A DNA stretch of 64,000 nucleotides. Source: Octopus vulgaris (Eukaryota). Shown here one piece after another: positions 1 to 12,295 of the stretch (position 1 is the stretch's first letter; each line of letters starts with the position of its first letter). The notes beneath the pieces were generated by a model. The model was not told the DNA's origin. It did not search any database and saw only the letters and a program-made list of their open reading frames with translations. Made by a program: the position numbers and the translations under genes. The stretch covers positions 13,206,001-13,270,000 of the forward strand of contig OX597830.1 of assembly GCA_951406725.2 (NCBI GenBank). The letters run 5' to 3'.

Positions 1-287
1 GCTAAAGCACTATACTTGTTGACATTCAGGATGAACAATAACCACCATATATTTTGGTGATACATAATGCTTTATTGTTCATCAACTTTTCTTGTCAATT
101 TTGTGATATTAAACTGGACAAAGCCGAATTCTATTTGCTTCAGTTGACTTTCAGCTTTTGTTTCAAAGTTGATTGGTTAGTTGAAGGAAGCGCAGTCATA
201 AAGTATTGCTCCGGTTACTTGCAGGATGGGGAACTGTACAGAACTATAACGTTTATAGAACGTACCGAAATAAATGTAAATAATGAC

Positions 288-505
288 TTTTTATTTTACT
301 TGTTTCAGTCATTTGACTGCGATCATGCTGGAGCACTGCCTTTGGTTGAGCAAATCAACCCCAGGACTTATTCTTTGTAAGCTTTAGTACTTATTCTATC
401 TTTCGCTGAACCGCTAAGTTACAGGAATGAAAACACACCAGCATCAGTTGTCAAGCGATGTTGGGGGGACAAACACAGACACACAAACATACACACACAC
501 ACACA
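288..505 (-). mobile_element. SINE family A, 3' half
   Basis: Reverse complement of the tail 'ggtgctccagcatg..cgcagtcaaatgactgaaacaagtaaaa' and body seen in full copies at 22741, 37001 and 40183. Confidence 0.8.
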
Positions 506-2184
506 CAAAAAACTGTAAGAAAATTGTAAATATATATATATATATGACCGTGATCGTTACCAATGTCGCTTCACTGGCACCTGAGCCGGTGGCACTCAGG
601 AATTCCCCAGTTTATTGTTTTATTTATTAAGACTAACTAAACATAACTATTTTTTATTAGTCAGTGAAAGAATCTTAAAAGATTTCAAATCTTTGCAAAC
701 AGAATTTTATTGCAACTAGTTGCTGAACATTTATATCGTGTCTTGGTAGGTGATGAATTATCACTACTCTGGAATCACATCAATATAATATCTATAATAG
801 AAATATAAAAATGTAATAATTATTCCTATATGTAAGTTTGAGAAAATAAATCTAATCAAAACTGATGATTTTTTTTGGGGTATTAATTTGATATTTCTCT
901 CCTCCCTTTTTCATTTTCCTTTTACTTTAATTAACCAAAAAGCTGAGTCACAGATACGAGCTAAGACAGTGAAATATTATCAGCCGAAAAACCAGGAGCT
1001 AATAAACCAGTATATTTTAGTTAGAAGAAATTCTAGTATAAGAAGTATGTTGTATAAATATATTGTGCTTAACACCTGAAGATAGGATTATAGAAATCTC
1101 GGAGAACTTTCGAATAAAATAATTGCAACTATTATGCAAACTATATATTTTCGTTATATGTAAATTGTTTTCATTGTAGGATGTTGACAATTTTAATATC
1201 TTGAAACCACAAGTATTTAATATTGAGTATGTGAATTAGCTTTTTTAAATTTACAGTTTTCCTTGATATATTTTTGCTTTTATCATAAAATTAATACTAT
1301 CATAATAGATATTCACCTTTCTTCCCTTCACCTCTTACACATTCCATTTTTATGGAATGTCTTGCTAGATGAATTACCCTGGAGTGGCAAAGAACATAAA
1401 ATCGTTAACAGTGATGAAGATTAATTTTGTTAATTTTGTTTCTGCAACATTGCCCCACCTTCAAAATTATATTAGCAAATAGTATTTTCGAAAGATTTAC
1501 TGAAGAGTTTATTGAATTTTAATGTGGTTTTCCCTCTTTTAAATGACTACATTATTTATATTAAATTTATATTAAGTTTTGTAGCAAGTTTTCATTTCTA
1601 ACAATATGATTACTTTGTGAAATGTGAAGAACCAGGTGTAATAAAGTATTTTGTTATTTGTTGCTGTAGTTCTTAATATTGAGAATTATAGCAACAAACA
1701 TGAAATATATTTTTATAGAACGGAATTTAATTACTGTTTGAAATGGATTAATCTTCATTAAAACTTGTTGCTCAAGAAAAAAAGAAATGTATTTTTTAAG
1801 TAAATTAAATAGGTTATGATTAAAGGTTTGGGAATTATTAACTTTTCTTTTCATGGATGTGTATTAAGAATGAATTTTTCTATCATGCAGTCCATTATTT
1901 TCAATTTCAAATATCTAATTTCTTTTTCCTCCTTTGATTTGTACCTAACTTCTTACTAAGTTACAACCTGTAACTTGCTTGACTCTTGTTTTGATTATTT
2001 TTCTTCTTTTTTTTTTAATAATTCTTTTAGATTTTTAATAATTCTTATGGCATATGGCTCTTTGTTGTAACCATTGTTATTACCTTGTTGTATAGTGTGA
2101 CTATTTGTGCGTGGGTGTATATATATGTTTATGAGTACAAACAGAAAAGAGAACTCAATACATGATGCAGAGTTTATACCGTCT

Positions 2185-2400
2185 GTTTCAGTCATTAGAC
2201 CACTGCTATGCTGGGGCACCGCCTTGAAAAATTTTAGTTGAATGAATTGACCCCAATACTTATTCGTTTTAAGCCTGGTACTTATTCTATTGGTACTTTT
2301 GTTGGATTGCTAAGTTACAGGGAGGTAAACACACCAACACTGGTTGTTGAACAGTGTGGGGAACAAACAGGCACAAAGACGTAAACACACACACACACAC
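2185..2400 (-). mobile_element. SINE family A, 3' half, diverged
   Basis: 'tgtttcagtcattagac..ctatgctggggcaccgccttg...gctaagttac..ggaggtaaacacacc' matches the reverse complement of family A. Confidence 0.75.
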
Positions 2401-2444
2401 GCATACATACATACATACATACATGCATACATACATGCATTAGC

Positions 2445-2615
2445 CACTACACACATTTTTTTTCTCTCTTTGTTTTTTCTGTGTCCCTTTCTGTAGAAGA
2501 GCGTAGGCTCGAAATGTAAAAGGCTTTTTCTTATTCCTGAGCGTTATACTAATACATCTGTTTGTTTTGTACACCACCTGTCTTCGTCTTTTGTTTTTTG
2601 CATAAACTCTCCCTA
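2445..2615 (+). mobile_element. Penelope-like element 3' terminal fragment with degenerate minimal hammerhead (2486-2523)
   Basis: ccttt-CTGtAGA-a-gagc gtag gctc-GAAA-tGTA-aaagg followed by a T-rich tail, embedded in microsatellites; this is typical pLTR architecture. Confidence 0.55.
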
Positions 2616-2669
2616 TACACACACACACACACACAACAGAAACTATATATATACACACACACACACATG

Positions 2670-3015
2670 CTAGTGGCATGTAAAAAGCACCCAGTACATG
2701 CTGCAAAGTGGTTGGTGATAGAAAAGACATCCAGCAATAGAACCATGCCAAATCAGACACTGGAACGCATTGCAGTCCTCGGTCTCATCAGGTCCTGCCA
2801 AACCACCCAACTCAGAGCCCAGCATGGGACAGGGACTTTAAATGATGATTATAATGCTATATGTTAGAAACTATATGCTAGAAACTCCAGCTGTAGAAAC
2901 TCTGCCAGATCAAGACTGGAGCCTGGTGCAGCCATCTGGTTTGCCAGCCCTCAGTCAAAACCGTCCAACCCATGCTAGCATGGAAAACGGACGTTAAATG
3001 ATGATGATGATGATG
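2670..3015 (+). mobile_element. Two adjacent fragments of a SINE with RTE-type (ATG)n tail (family D)
   Basis: 'taaaaagcaccca..aaagtggttgg..aga.aagacatccagc' and 'ccaacccatgctagcatggaaaacggacgttaaatgatgatgatg'; the reverse complement occurs at 9140, 15350 and 45170. Confidence 0.75.
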
Positions 3016-5077
3016 TGTATGTGTGTGTGCATGTATACATATGGGTGTTTATATATGTTTGTATGTGCACATATATATATATATATACATATATGTGTGT
3101 GTGTGTTATTTATATGGCTTGATCATCACTCTGTTGCTATATTACTTGGTTTAGTTTCCTTAGCAGCAGTTTTCGTTTAGCGTATCCTTTCTTTTGTCTT
3201 GTCTAGTTTTCAGGTATCTCGTTCCGAAATCTCTTTTACTTAGAATTCTGTTGTTAGAAACCTGACATCAGTGACAATAACTTTTGTTACATCATTAATA
3301 TGCAGATATACTAATTACTTGCGTGGTCTTGTTTATATGGAATCTTTTATGGTTTCCCTTCACTCATTATGTGTGTCTAACCGATTGTATATTGGCCAAC
3401 AATGGCACAAAACAACATCACACATACACTGTCACACACACACACATATGTTGCATACCTTGATTTTAGTAATAATAGTTTATTTAAACTGGAAGCCCAA
3501 TGAAGCCAGTGAATCAATGAGCTTCATAACTGCTTAGCTCAAATGAAAAACTGCCGTTTACCAATAATAACACTAGGTTATAAATTAATGATCTTTTTCT
3601 TCTCTGTTTGAGAAGAATTTACTTCGACTATTAACTGATGTAATCATAAGAATCATTAGAACACTTTGATTCTCCTCCCCACAGCATGCCATATTTACCG
3701 AGTAGGAAGCAATAACTCTATTTGTGATGGTTGCATTATTTACTGTATATTCCACCTTACTATGAATTTATCCTCTCTTTTATTATAACTTTCAAAAGAC
3801 AACAGAGAAATATTGGCAGAGGGATATAAAACAGAGACAGCACACAAAGGAACTTACTTTTCTCTCATTTTTCATAGCAGTTTCAAGTTTCTTTTTCCAG
3901 CTTTGGCAGAATGGCAGAAACCTGCCTCTATTTTGATAAGTTTATTAGCTTTATTGTCATTAAAATATGCACCAGTGATTTCTTGTTCTTGTTAGCATTG
4001 TTTTGCTTTGTTTTACATCTTTCTTTCTCTTATGATTTCACTGTTTTAACTTGTTAAATGTCAGGTGTAGAGTTTTCTCAGCCGCTTTTAATGGCCTTGT
4101 CAAACAATGCAGATGTTAGCTGCTGCTGCTGCAAGCTTTTCCTCTCTGTTTTCCTCTTTTAAATTCAGCATTTTAAAAATTGAATAACAAAAAAGAAGGA
4201 AGAAATCGTTTCAAAAAAGTTTCTAAAAAACGTTTTAAAAAACGGCAGCATAAGTTTCCAGAAGGAAAGAGAAAGAAGTATTCAAATGGTTGAAAGAATT
4301 TAAACTAAACAAAACATAAGAAAGTTTCAAAATAATGAATTCCATAAATGTTCTTTGGTTCTTAAATCTTGCCTAAGTTTCCTTGTTTTATTGCTAGCAC
4401 AATGTTCATTATGAAACTAAATAGCAAACTAGATTATTATCACTACTATATGTTTGTTCCTTCAATTTCTAATTACTGCCAACTCTCTCCTACCATCTTC
4501 ATTTTTCACTTTGCTGCCTTACTGTATTTATTCATTTCTTAATACTTTTTTCGCCATTCAGCATTTCCTTAACAGTTTAGGTATTTTGCCAACTTCAAAT
4601 TATATTAAACAAATCTTTATATCAAAAGAAATGCAGTGAGCAAGTTTGAATTTAATGTTATTTTGCAGCATTTTTGGACATATTAATTCTGCATTTGAAA
4701 CTTGCCATGGAAATCCTAATTTTTCAGAGATTTGTTAACTTTTGGTTATGCAAGAGGATACTAGTTTTAATCAATCCCATTCTTTGTGTTTGTGTGTGTG
4801 TGTGAACCTCATAAGCCATAAAGATACCTGTAATATACACAAACACACCCCACTTCCTTAATCTTCATTTGGAAAGCTAAGCTATGATGATGTTGATTAT
4901 GATAGTGTGTGTGTGTGTACATATACACACAGAAAGAAAGAATATATGTGCAGGAAAATACGAGTATGAATGTAGTTATGCATACACACACACACACACA
5001 CACATTGTGGTAATGCTTTTCCCTGTGTATATGCATAAATGTAATCCTTTTCCCAAATAAATTGGATTTTTATATGC

Positions 5078-5140
5078 AAGGCTCTGATGAAGCTATAAGG
5101 TGAGACCACTGCATATTAAAGCAGAAACGGCTGTAAACTA
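5078..5140 (+). ncRNA. Degenerate hammerhead-like motif, probably a Penelope pLTR remnant
   Basis: CTGATGA (5084-5090), a-gct...agc-a, GAAA-C-ggct-GTA; helix I is weak; the ~190-bp insert lies between (CA)n and (TA)n. Confidence 0.4.
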
Positions 5141-6073
5141 ATGGGGTTCATAAGATAATTGTTTATTCTTTTTTCATTTCATTTTCTTTTATATATATGT
5201 GTGTGTGTTAAAGGTTGAGCCTATGGAGTGTTTACCTGTCTACCAACCCCTATTGCTAACATTACGCTATCAAAACATAATTCTTCTACTTGACTCTTTC
5301 TGACTGAGGCCATACAAGGATAAATACGGCTCATCAGAGGAAGTGTGAGCAATCTAGCAATCTATAACCCATAGCTCTCATTAGCTTGCAGTATTGCTTT
5401 CATGCTCTGTGGGTTACACAGTGTTTCAACCTCAGGTTTCAATTGTTTTGGTGAAGAATTTGATACTTGTCTGGGTCTGATTATATGGGTAATGGCTGAT
5501 GTAAAATCAATAACAGTTTCACTGTATTGATAAACTGACATGGCAACAAAGGATTTCTTGACAAGGATCATCTCCAATACACAATTTACACATGAATGTG
5601 TGAGTGCACGCGCGTGTGTGCACGCATGCACACAAACACACACATACACTGTCACACATATATATGTGTAGTAATTATAGTTTTTAAAATTGTTAACTAT
5701 ACTTTGATCTTAGCTAAAATACTGAGAAATAGCGTTTTGGCTAAGATGAAAGTATAATTTTAAATTGTTAAATTAATCCAGGTTTCCACAATGTTGAAAT
5801 TACAGTCCATATTCTTAAATTAGTGGTCGTAGTTATGCAAAACTATCCTAGCAAGTACAATTTTTATAAGAAGATAGTCAACCAAAGTTGACTACCTTCA
5901 GAAGTGATAATTTGTGGTTACAAGTTATAACTGTTTTGATTTCCAACTAATATTTGAATTGCCCTATTCTTTATCATATTTGGGTCTGTTAAGTCAGGTA
6001 TCACAATCTGTGATCCTTTCTGATTTTCTGTGGGTTGCCTTGTTTATATAAAGATAATAATTTATTATTATAA

Positions 6074-6439
6074 CTAGCACTATGACCCGGCAACGCCGGG
6101 TCATAGTGCTAGTGCATGCATATACAGCTGCGTGCATGCGCACATACACGTGAGTACTGTCCAAATCTCTGACCAATCACATACAGCTAGCGGGCATTCA
6201 ATTGGTGTATCAAGTGTCGGGCATTTTGATTGGGTTTTGGATAGAAAATTCACAAAAAAGTCAATTCTATTGATTTTTTTAATGGCTTTGCGGGGTAACT
6301 GGGGAAATATAAAGATGTGCATGACCACCCTTGGACGGTTTTGAATGACCATAGAAAGTGTGAGTCCTCTAACTGAAAGATTGTGGATTTGTATAAAGGA
6401 CACGCACACAGACATGTTGCCGTTTATATATACAGAAGA
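6074..6439 (-). mobile_element. Non-autonomous Helitron
   Basis: Minus strand reads A|TCttctgtatatataaa...cccggcgttgccggg tcatagtgCTAG|T: 5' TC, 3' GC-rich hairpin plus CTAG, inserted between A and T with no TSD. Confidence 0.8.
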
Positions 6440-6837
6440 TAACTTAATAAAGTAATATTTTGCAACGTAATATTTAAGTCTGACTTGGAAATATGATTTA
6501 CTTAATGTAATAGATAGCGTTTGTTAAATCATTGTTTAGGGGTTTGTTCTGTGTTTTATTTCCTGGCTCTGTCTATGTTACCCAGAAAGTGAGAATTGGA
6601 AACATGCTGGGTTTAAATTGATTTCAGTTATATAAAAGAAATATATTCATGTGCTTATCATGGTTAAGAAGTTCATTTTGCAAACATGTTGCTTTGGTCT
6701 CAATCCCCCCTTGGGTGGTATGTGGGGCAAGTGCCTTTTACTATAAACTTTAATTGACCAAAAACCTTGTGAATGGAATTTATTAGATAAAAACTGTGCA
6801 GTAGCCTGTCAATTGCATGTACTCATGTGTGCACGTG

Positions 6838-6960
<123 letters not shown>

Positions 6961-7275
6961 GGTGGTTGATTTGAGAGAGTTGTTTGAGTTGTTTGGTAAA
7001 ATTTGTTGCAATATCTGTTTTGGCGGCTCTCTGCACCCTTAAATTCACATCTCTCTTTGCCTTTCATTCTTCTGTGGGTGACGAGGAAAGTAGCAGCTTT
7101 TGCTTCTTTCAGCCATTGTGCTCTGGGTGTTCTGCTTGGTCAAGGGCAGGAGGACAAAAAGAAAATGTGTATGTCTTCCAGTATGTGGACACCTAAAACA
7201 AGGAATTAATGAAAGTATGGTACATACTACCAAATCATCCTTGATTTTAAATGGTAGCCACCACACATATATATA

Positions 7276-7510
7276 CCGGAGTAAACACATAAATGTGAAA
7301 CAAGGTGGAAAAAAGAGTACTCAGATACCAGGGGTAGAGTAATATGCTTTATTTAAAAGCAGCAGAAATTCAACAAAACCTGTTACTCGGAGTTTCACGT
7401 TCCTGTTCGTTGGACAGTTTTGTTTAAAAAAAAACAAAAACTGTCCGACGAACGGGAACGTGAAACTCCGAGTAATAGGTTTTGTTGAATTTCTGCTGCT
7501 TTTAAATAAA

Positions 7511-7516
<6 letters not shown>
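7276..7516 (-). mobile_element. Internally deleted Penelope-like element: inverted pLTR pair forming an ~84-bp hairpin
   Basis: Arms 7342-7425 and 7432-7516 are near-perfect reverse complements; each carries a hammerhead-like motif; TA repeats flank both sides. Confidence 0.7.
7437..7483 (+). ncRNA. Minimal type I hammerhead-like motif (U4C variant)
   Basis: Helix I aaaactgt/atag-g-tttt; core CcGACGA; helix II acg-GGAA-cgt; GAAA; near-palindromic helix III actc-c-gagt; GUA triplet at 7472-7474. Confidence 0.6.
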
Positions 7517-7553
<37 letters not shown>

Positions 7554-7914
7554 TGCATGTATAAAAATGGTTTTGTTTCAGATTAAATAGCTTAGCATTT
7601 TGACAAATAAAATAAGTACTGAGATTAATGTGTTAAGTAATAAAAGAACAAAAAAATTGTATATTAAAATAGTTATAAATGCTAGACCATCAACCACACT
7701 ATTTCAGTTATTTTCTATATCAAAACACATAAAGAAAAGAACAAAATAAGTCATCTTGATGAGAGAGAGGTGGCGGGGAGGGAAGGGAACATTGATGAGT
7801 CATGGTACTGAAGATAGTTGATTGGATTTGTGGCTTTTAGCCGAGAGAAAATGTATACAAATCTCTTATATTCTCTATTATTACTAAACTGTTCTTACTG
7901 TTCTGTTTGTGTAG

Positions 7915-8070
7915 GCAATCCGTGATGGTGTTATTGAAGCCACAATTGACCACGATCAGTGTTATGTCCAGTCTAAAGAGACGAGTGACATCTACTCAAC
8001 ACGTGAACCTATGACAGCATTCCATCAAAGGATAAAGTTTTGCTTGGACATTCATAATTCTTCAGTCAAG
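7915..8070 (+). CDS. PSMD3: 26S proteasome non-ATPase regulatory subunit 3 (Rpn3), internal exon, 52 aa
   Basis: Polypyrimidine tract + tag| ... |gtaagc, phase 0-0. Translates [52 protein letters not shown], recognisable as the Rpn3 PCI end/C-terminal region (human [52 protein letters not shown], from memory). Confidence 0.96.
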
Positions 8071-9139
8071 GTAAGCAGTTATTTCTATTTCCTTCTTGAT
8101 GATCGTTACTTGTACAATGTGTAAAAATATAATTGATTTTTCTGGTTTAGCCCATCACCGAGCAAACCGTGAGTCATGATTCACATGTTGATCGTAACAA
8201 ATCCTCTGAGTTCTAGTGTTGAAATCTAATTTTCTTTATATGTTTATGATAATTTTTTTTAATGAGAAATGATGTGGAGATCAAGATAAAATGATAAAAA
8301 TAGCTAAATAAATGAGAGAAGACACAATATAAAGAATGTACAAACTACAACAGATAAAATTAATTTTAAATATTTTCTGGTTGTATGTTGATCATTTGGG
8401 AATTGAAATTTTTTTTTTTTTTAATGGAATATTTTGATTTGATTTATTGGTCAATAACAGTCAGGAGATGTCAGTTGGAAAAAAAATTATCTAACTATTT
8501 ATAATAATCAGATTGATATATCTAAGAGTAATTTTTGTTGGGAGATACATGATTCCCTGAAATGTATAAAGTGAAAATGAATTTTCTGATAATACCTGTG
8601 AATATTTGATATGAATATGAATCTCTAATATATAGCTTAGTGGTTTTAATTATTTTTCTATTGAATTTTTTTCTCTTACTATAATTGTAGTTTTAGTTTA
8701 AACGAATGAATTATATCTAAGACAGTATATGGAATATTAAATATTTTTCTTGGTAAATTATGTATTAAATTCACTTCACAAAGTTAATCTTGTTTGACAT
8801 GGTATAAATAAGCTTAATCTTTAATATGTACTTCTCAAACTGACCAGAGAAAAATTTGTATGATTTTTTTTTTCTTTTCTTTATCTTGAAAATCATGCTT
8901 CAATATCAAATGAAGTAAATATGTCATCTGCGTGATTTATGTGATTTATACCTACTGTTTTCTACCTGTATTTTGTTGTTTAGCAAGTCTGCAGAATTGT
9001 AGTCGATGTTATTATTTATTCAATAACATTTCACCAAATTCACATAGAACTAATAATGGTGCCATCAGAGATCATATTGTCTTTCTTAAAGCCAAATGGA
9101 AGGATTTGATTTCTTCTCAACTGGCTTTAGAATTGTTCA

Positions 9140-9838
9140 TATCATCATCATCATCATCATCATCATCATTTAGTGTCCGCTTTCCATGCTAGCATGGGTT
9201 GGATGGTTCAACTGGGGTCTGGGAGGCCAGAAGGCTGCGCCAGGCCCAGTCTGATCTGGCAATGTTTCTACGGCTGGATGCCCTTCCTAACACCAACCAA
9301 TCCGTGAGTGTAGTGGGTGCTTTTTACGTGCCAGACGGGGCTGGCAAACGGCCACAGTCGGATGGTGCTTTTTACGTGCCACCGGCACGGGGGCCAGGTA
9401 AGGCTGGCAACGGCCACGTTCGGATGGTTCGCTTACGTGCCACCGGCACTGGTATCACAGCTACAATTTCCATTGATTTCGATTTTGATTCTCACTTGCC
9501 TCAACAGGTCTTTACAAGTAGAGTTTTGTGTCCCAAGAAGGAAAGGTATGCATAAGTGGACTGGCTACATCCCAGGTAGAGGCCATGGGTTATGGTCTCA
9601 CTTGTCCTGCCGGGTCTTCTCACACACAGCATACTTCCATAGGTCTTGGCCTCTAGTCATTTCCTCGGTGAGACCTAAAGTTCAAAGGTCGTGCTTCACC
9701 ACCTTGTCCCAGGTTTTCCTGGGGCTACCTCTTCCACAGGTTCCCTCAACCGCTAGGGTGTGGCACTTTTTCACACAACTATCTTCATCCATTCTCGTCA
9801 CATGACCATACCAGCGCAAACGTCTCTCTTGCACACCA
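9140..9838 (-). mobile_element. RTE-clade LINE 3' end with family D SINE-like 3' region and (ATG)n tail
   Basis: Minus strand from 9837 translates GVQERRLRWYGHVTRMDEDSCVKKCHTLAVEGTCGRG.PRKTW, the RTE ORF C-terminus; (ATC)n at 9140-9168. Confidence 0.85.
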
Positions 9839-10189
9839 TATATATGTATCATGTGTTCCGTAATTGTTTTAGTGCTCCCATTCTTGAGTCAGTGGAACAT
9901 CAAGGATGTGATACCTGGAGTGAAAAAGGGTCGAACCATTGCCAGACTGGATATTCATTCCCAACTGAATAGACTAGAGCAACACGTAAAGAAGTGCTTT
10001 GCTCAAGAACATAGCACATAGTGTAGCCCAGAGATAGATCTCATGATCAAAAGCCCAACACCCTAAATTTCACACATATCATTAATGATTAATTGTTACA
10101 TGTTTAAGTAGTCAATGGAGTTAATCTATAATCCTTCTGGTCTGATAAATTTCTGGAGGTCCATATATATATATATATATATATATATA

Positions 10190-10864
10190 TGGACTTGGCT
10201 CAATGTTTAGCTTTGCAGTTAGGTTATTGATGTGTCCATGCTGCCAACAAAGCATGCGAAGTTCTGTTTTTGATTCGACAGTCATTCGGAATGCTCTCAG
10301 CAGCCATATTCCTACCGCTCTATGTCACGCTGGTGAGACTCATATTGGAGTACAGGATTCAAGCCTCTTCTCCTTATCTCCTCAAAGACATACATCATGT
10401 TGAAAGAGTCCAGAAGCTGGCTACCCGCATGGTTCTTGGTCTCAAGAATTTGTCTTATGAAGAAAGGCTGAAGACGCTCGACCTTTATTCTCTCGAAAAA
10501 TGACGATGCCATGGTGATCTCATTCTCGCTCAGAACATCATAAGTGGAAAGTGTAACCTCTCGAAAGAGCTGTTCTTCACTCCTGCTCCAGAGTGTAGGC
10601 TGCTGGGTCACTCCGAAAAGCTCTATCTAAAACGATTTCATCTCAATCAAAGGAGAGGGGCTTTCTTCGTCCGGGTTGCGGATCCGTGGATTAGCTGCTG
10701 GACGTGATAGTGAAGGTACCGACGACCGCTCAGTTCAAAGTCTCTCTTGACCAGAAATGGCCTGAACTCTTTGTATGACCACCCTCCCTGTACTTAACTC
10801 CTTGTCCCCCTACATGACCTTGCTTTTGCTTTTTGAGCCAATAAAAATTGAATTGAATTGAATT
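10190..10864 (+). mobile_element. CR1-group LINE, 5'-truncated 3' end
   Basis: [63 protein letters not shown] is the CR1 RT C-terminal motif; (AATTG)n tail at ~10846-10864; follows a (TA)n tract. Confidence 0.88.
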
Positions 10865-11532
10865 AAGCAAAGTTATTTCAGATACTTTAGGCATATTGTG
10901 TTACAAGTGTCTTAGCAACCAAGTAAAAGATTAGTGAACTACAACTGTGTGGTTTTAGGTGGTTCAATGCATAAGTTTTATTCCTACAAAAAATGGCTGT
11001 CCACTTAAAACTTCTTATAAAATTAATTATGATGAACTGTATTCTTTACACTAAACTTTTGTCTAGCATCAGTTCCATATTTACATCTTTTACTCTGACA
11101 GTGTGCACTGCATTTATTGCTGCTGATATTAAGTGCTCTGTGTGTGCTTGAGAATTTAGGGTGTTTGTTTACATCCAGGGGCCCAAGCCTGGTTTCTTGC
11201 CTGCACTTGAGAAGTTCTTTTATCAGGCATGGGGCATTCTATTCCTCCTCATCTTCCTGAGTCTCCTGAAGAAAAAAAAAACAGCAAAAGCAAAACAAAG
11301 TAAATTAGTTTTAGTGGATACCAATTCTAAAGAAGTTCATTTTCTAGATTTAGGGTCCTTTTTACTCTGTATCTGCTTGAACATTGATTGACCAAAATAA
11401 ATGAAGCTTGATTTGTTGATCATTAGAATAGATTGTGTGTGTGTGTGTGATAAAGAGAATTAATAGAATTCATTTTCTGTTTCTTCTTGGCATTGAAACC
11501 ACCTTAATGTTCTTAAACTGAGAAAAGATAGA

Positions 11533-11566
<34 letters not shown>

Positions 11567-11606
11567 TGTGTGTATATATATGTGTATGCGTGTGTGTGTA
11601 TATATA

Positions 11607-11669
<63 letters not shown>

Positions 11670-11934
11670 GTGTGTGTGTATATATATATGTGTGTGTGTG
11701 TGTATGTATATATATATATATGTGTGTGTGTATATATATATATGTGTATATATATATGTGTATATATATGTGTATATATATGTGTATATATATGTATATA
11801 TATATATGTATGTATATATATATGTATATATATGTGTATATATATATGTATGTATGTATATATATATATATGTATATATATATGTATGTATGTATGTATA
11901 TATATATATATGTATATATATATATGTATGTATG

Positions 11935-11967
<33 letters not shown>

Positions 11968-11980
11968 GTATATATATATG

Positions 11981-12023
<43 letters not shown>

Positions 12024-12042
12024 GTATGTATGTATGTATATA

Positions 12043-12078
<36 letters not shown>

Positions 12079-12248
12079 TGTATGTATGTATATGTGTATA
12101 TATATGTATATGTATGTATATGTATATGTATGTATATATATATGTATATATATATATGTGTGTATATATATATGTATGTATATATATGTATATATATGTA
12201 TGTATGTATGTATATATATATATGTATATATATATATGTATATGTATG

Positions 12249-12282
<34 letters not shown>

Positions 12283-12295
12283 TTTGTGTGTGTGT
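11533..12295. repeat. ~760-bp compound (TG)n/(TA)n/(TATG)n microsatellite
   Basis: Direct read; it is the source of the five long low-complexity ORFs. Confidence 0.97.

Noticed and set aside
5290-5340. Hammerhead on - strand (CUGAUGA-gccgua...uauggc)
   Set aside because: Helix II is not followed by GAAA, and there is no helix III or cleavage triplet.
8095-8212. C/D snoRNA (TGATGA ... CTGA) just after the exon
   Set aside because: No convincing terminal stem and no rRNA guide that I can identify; such boxes are frequent by chance. snoscan would be decisive.
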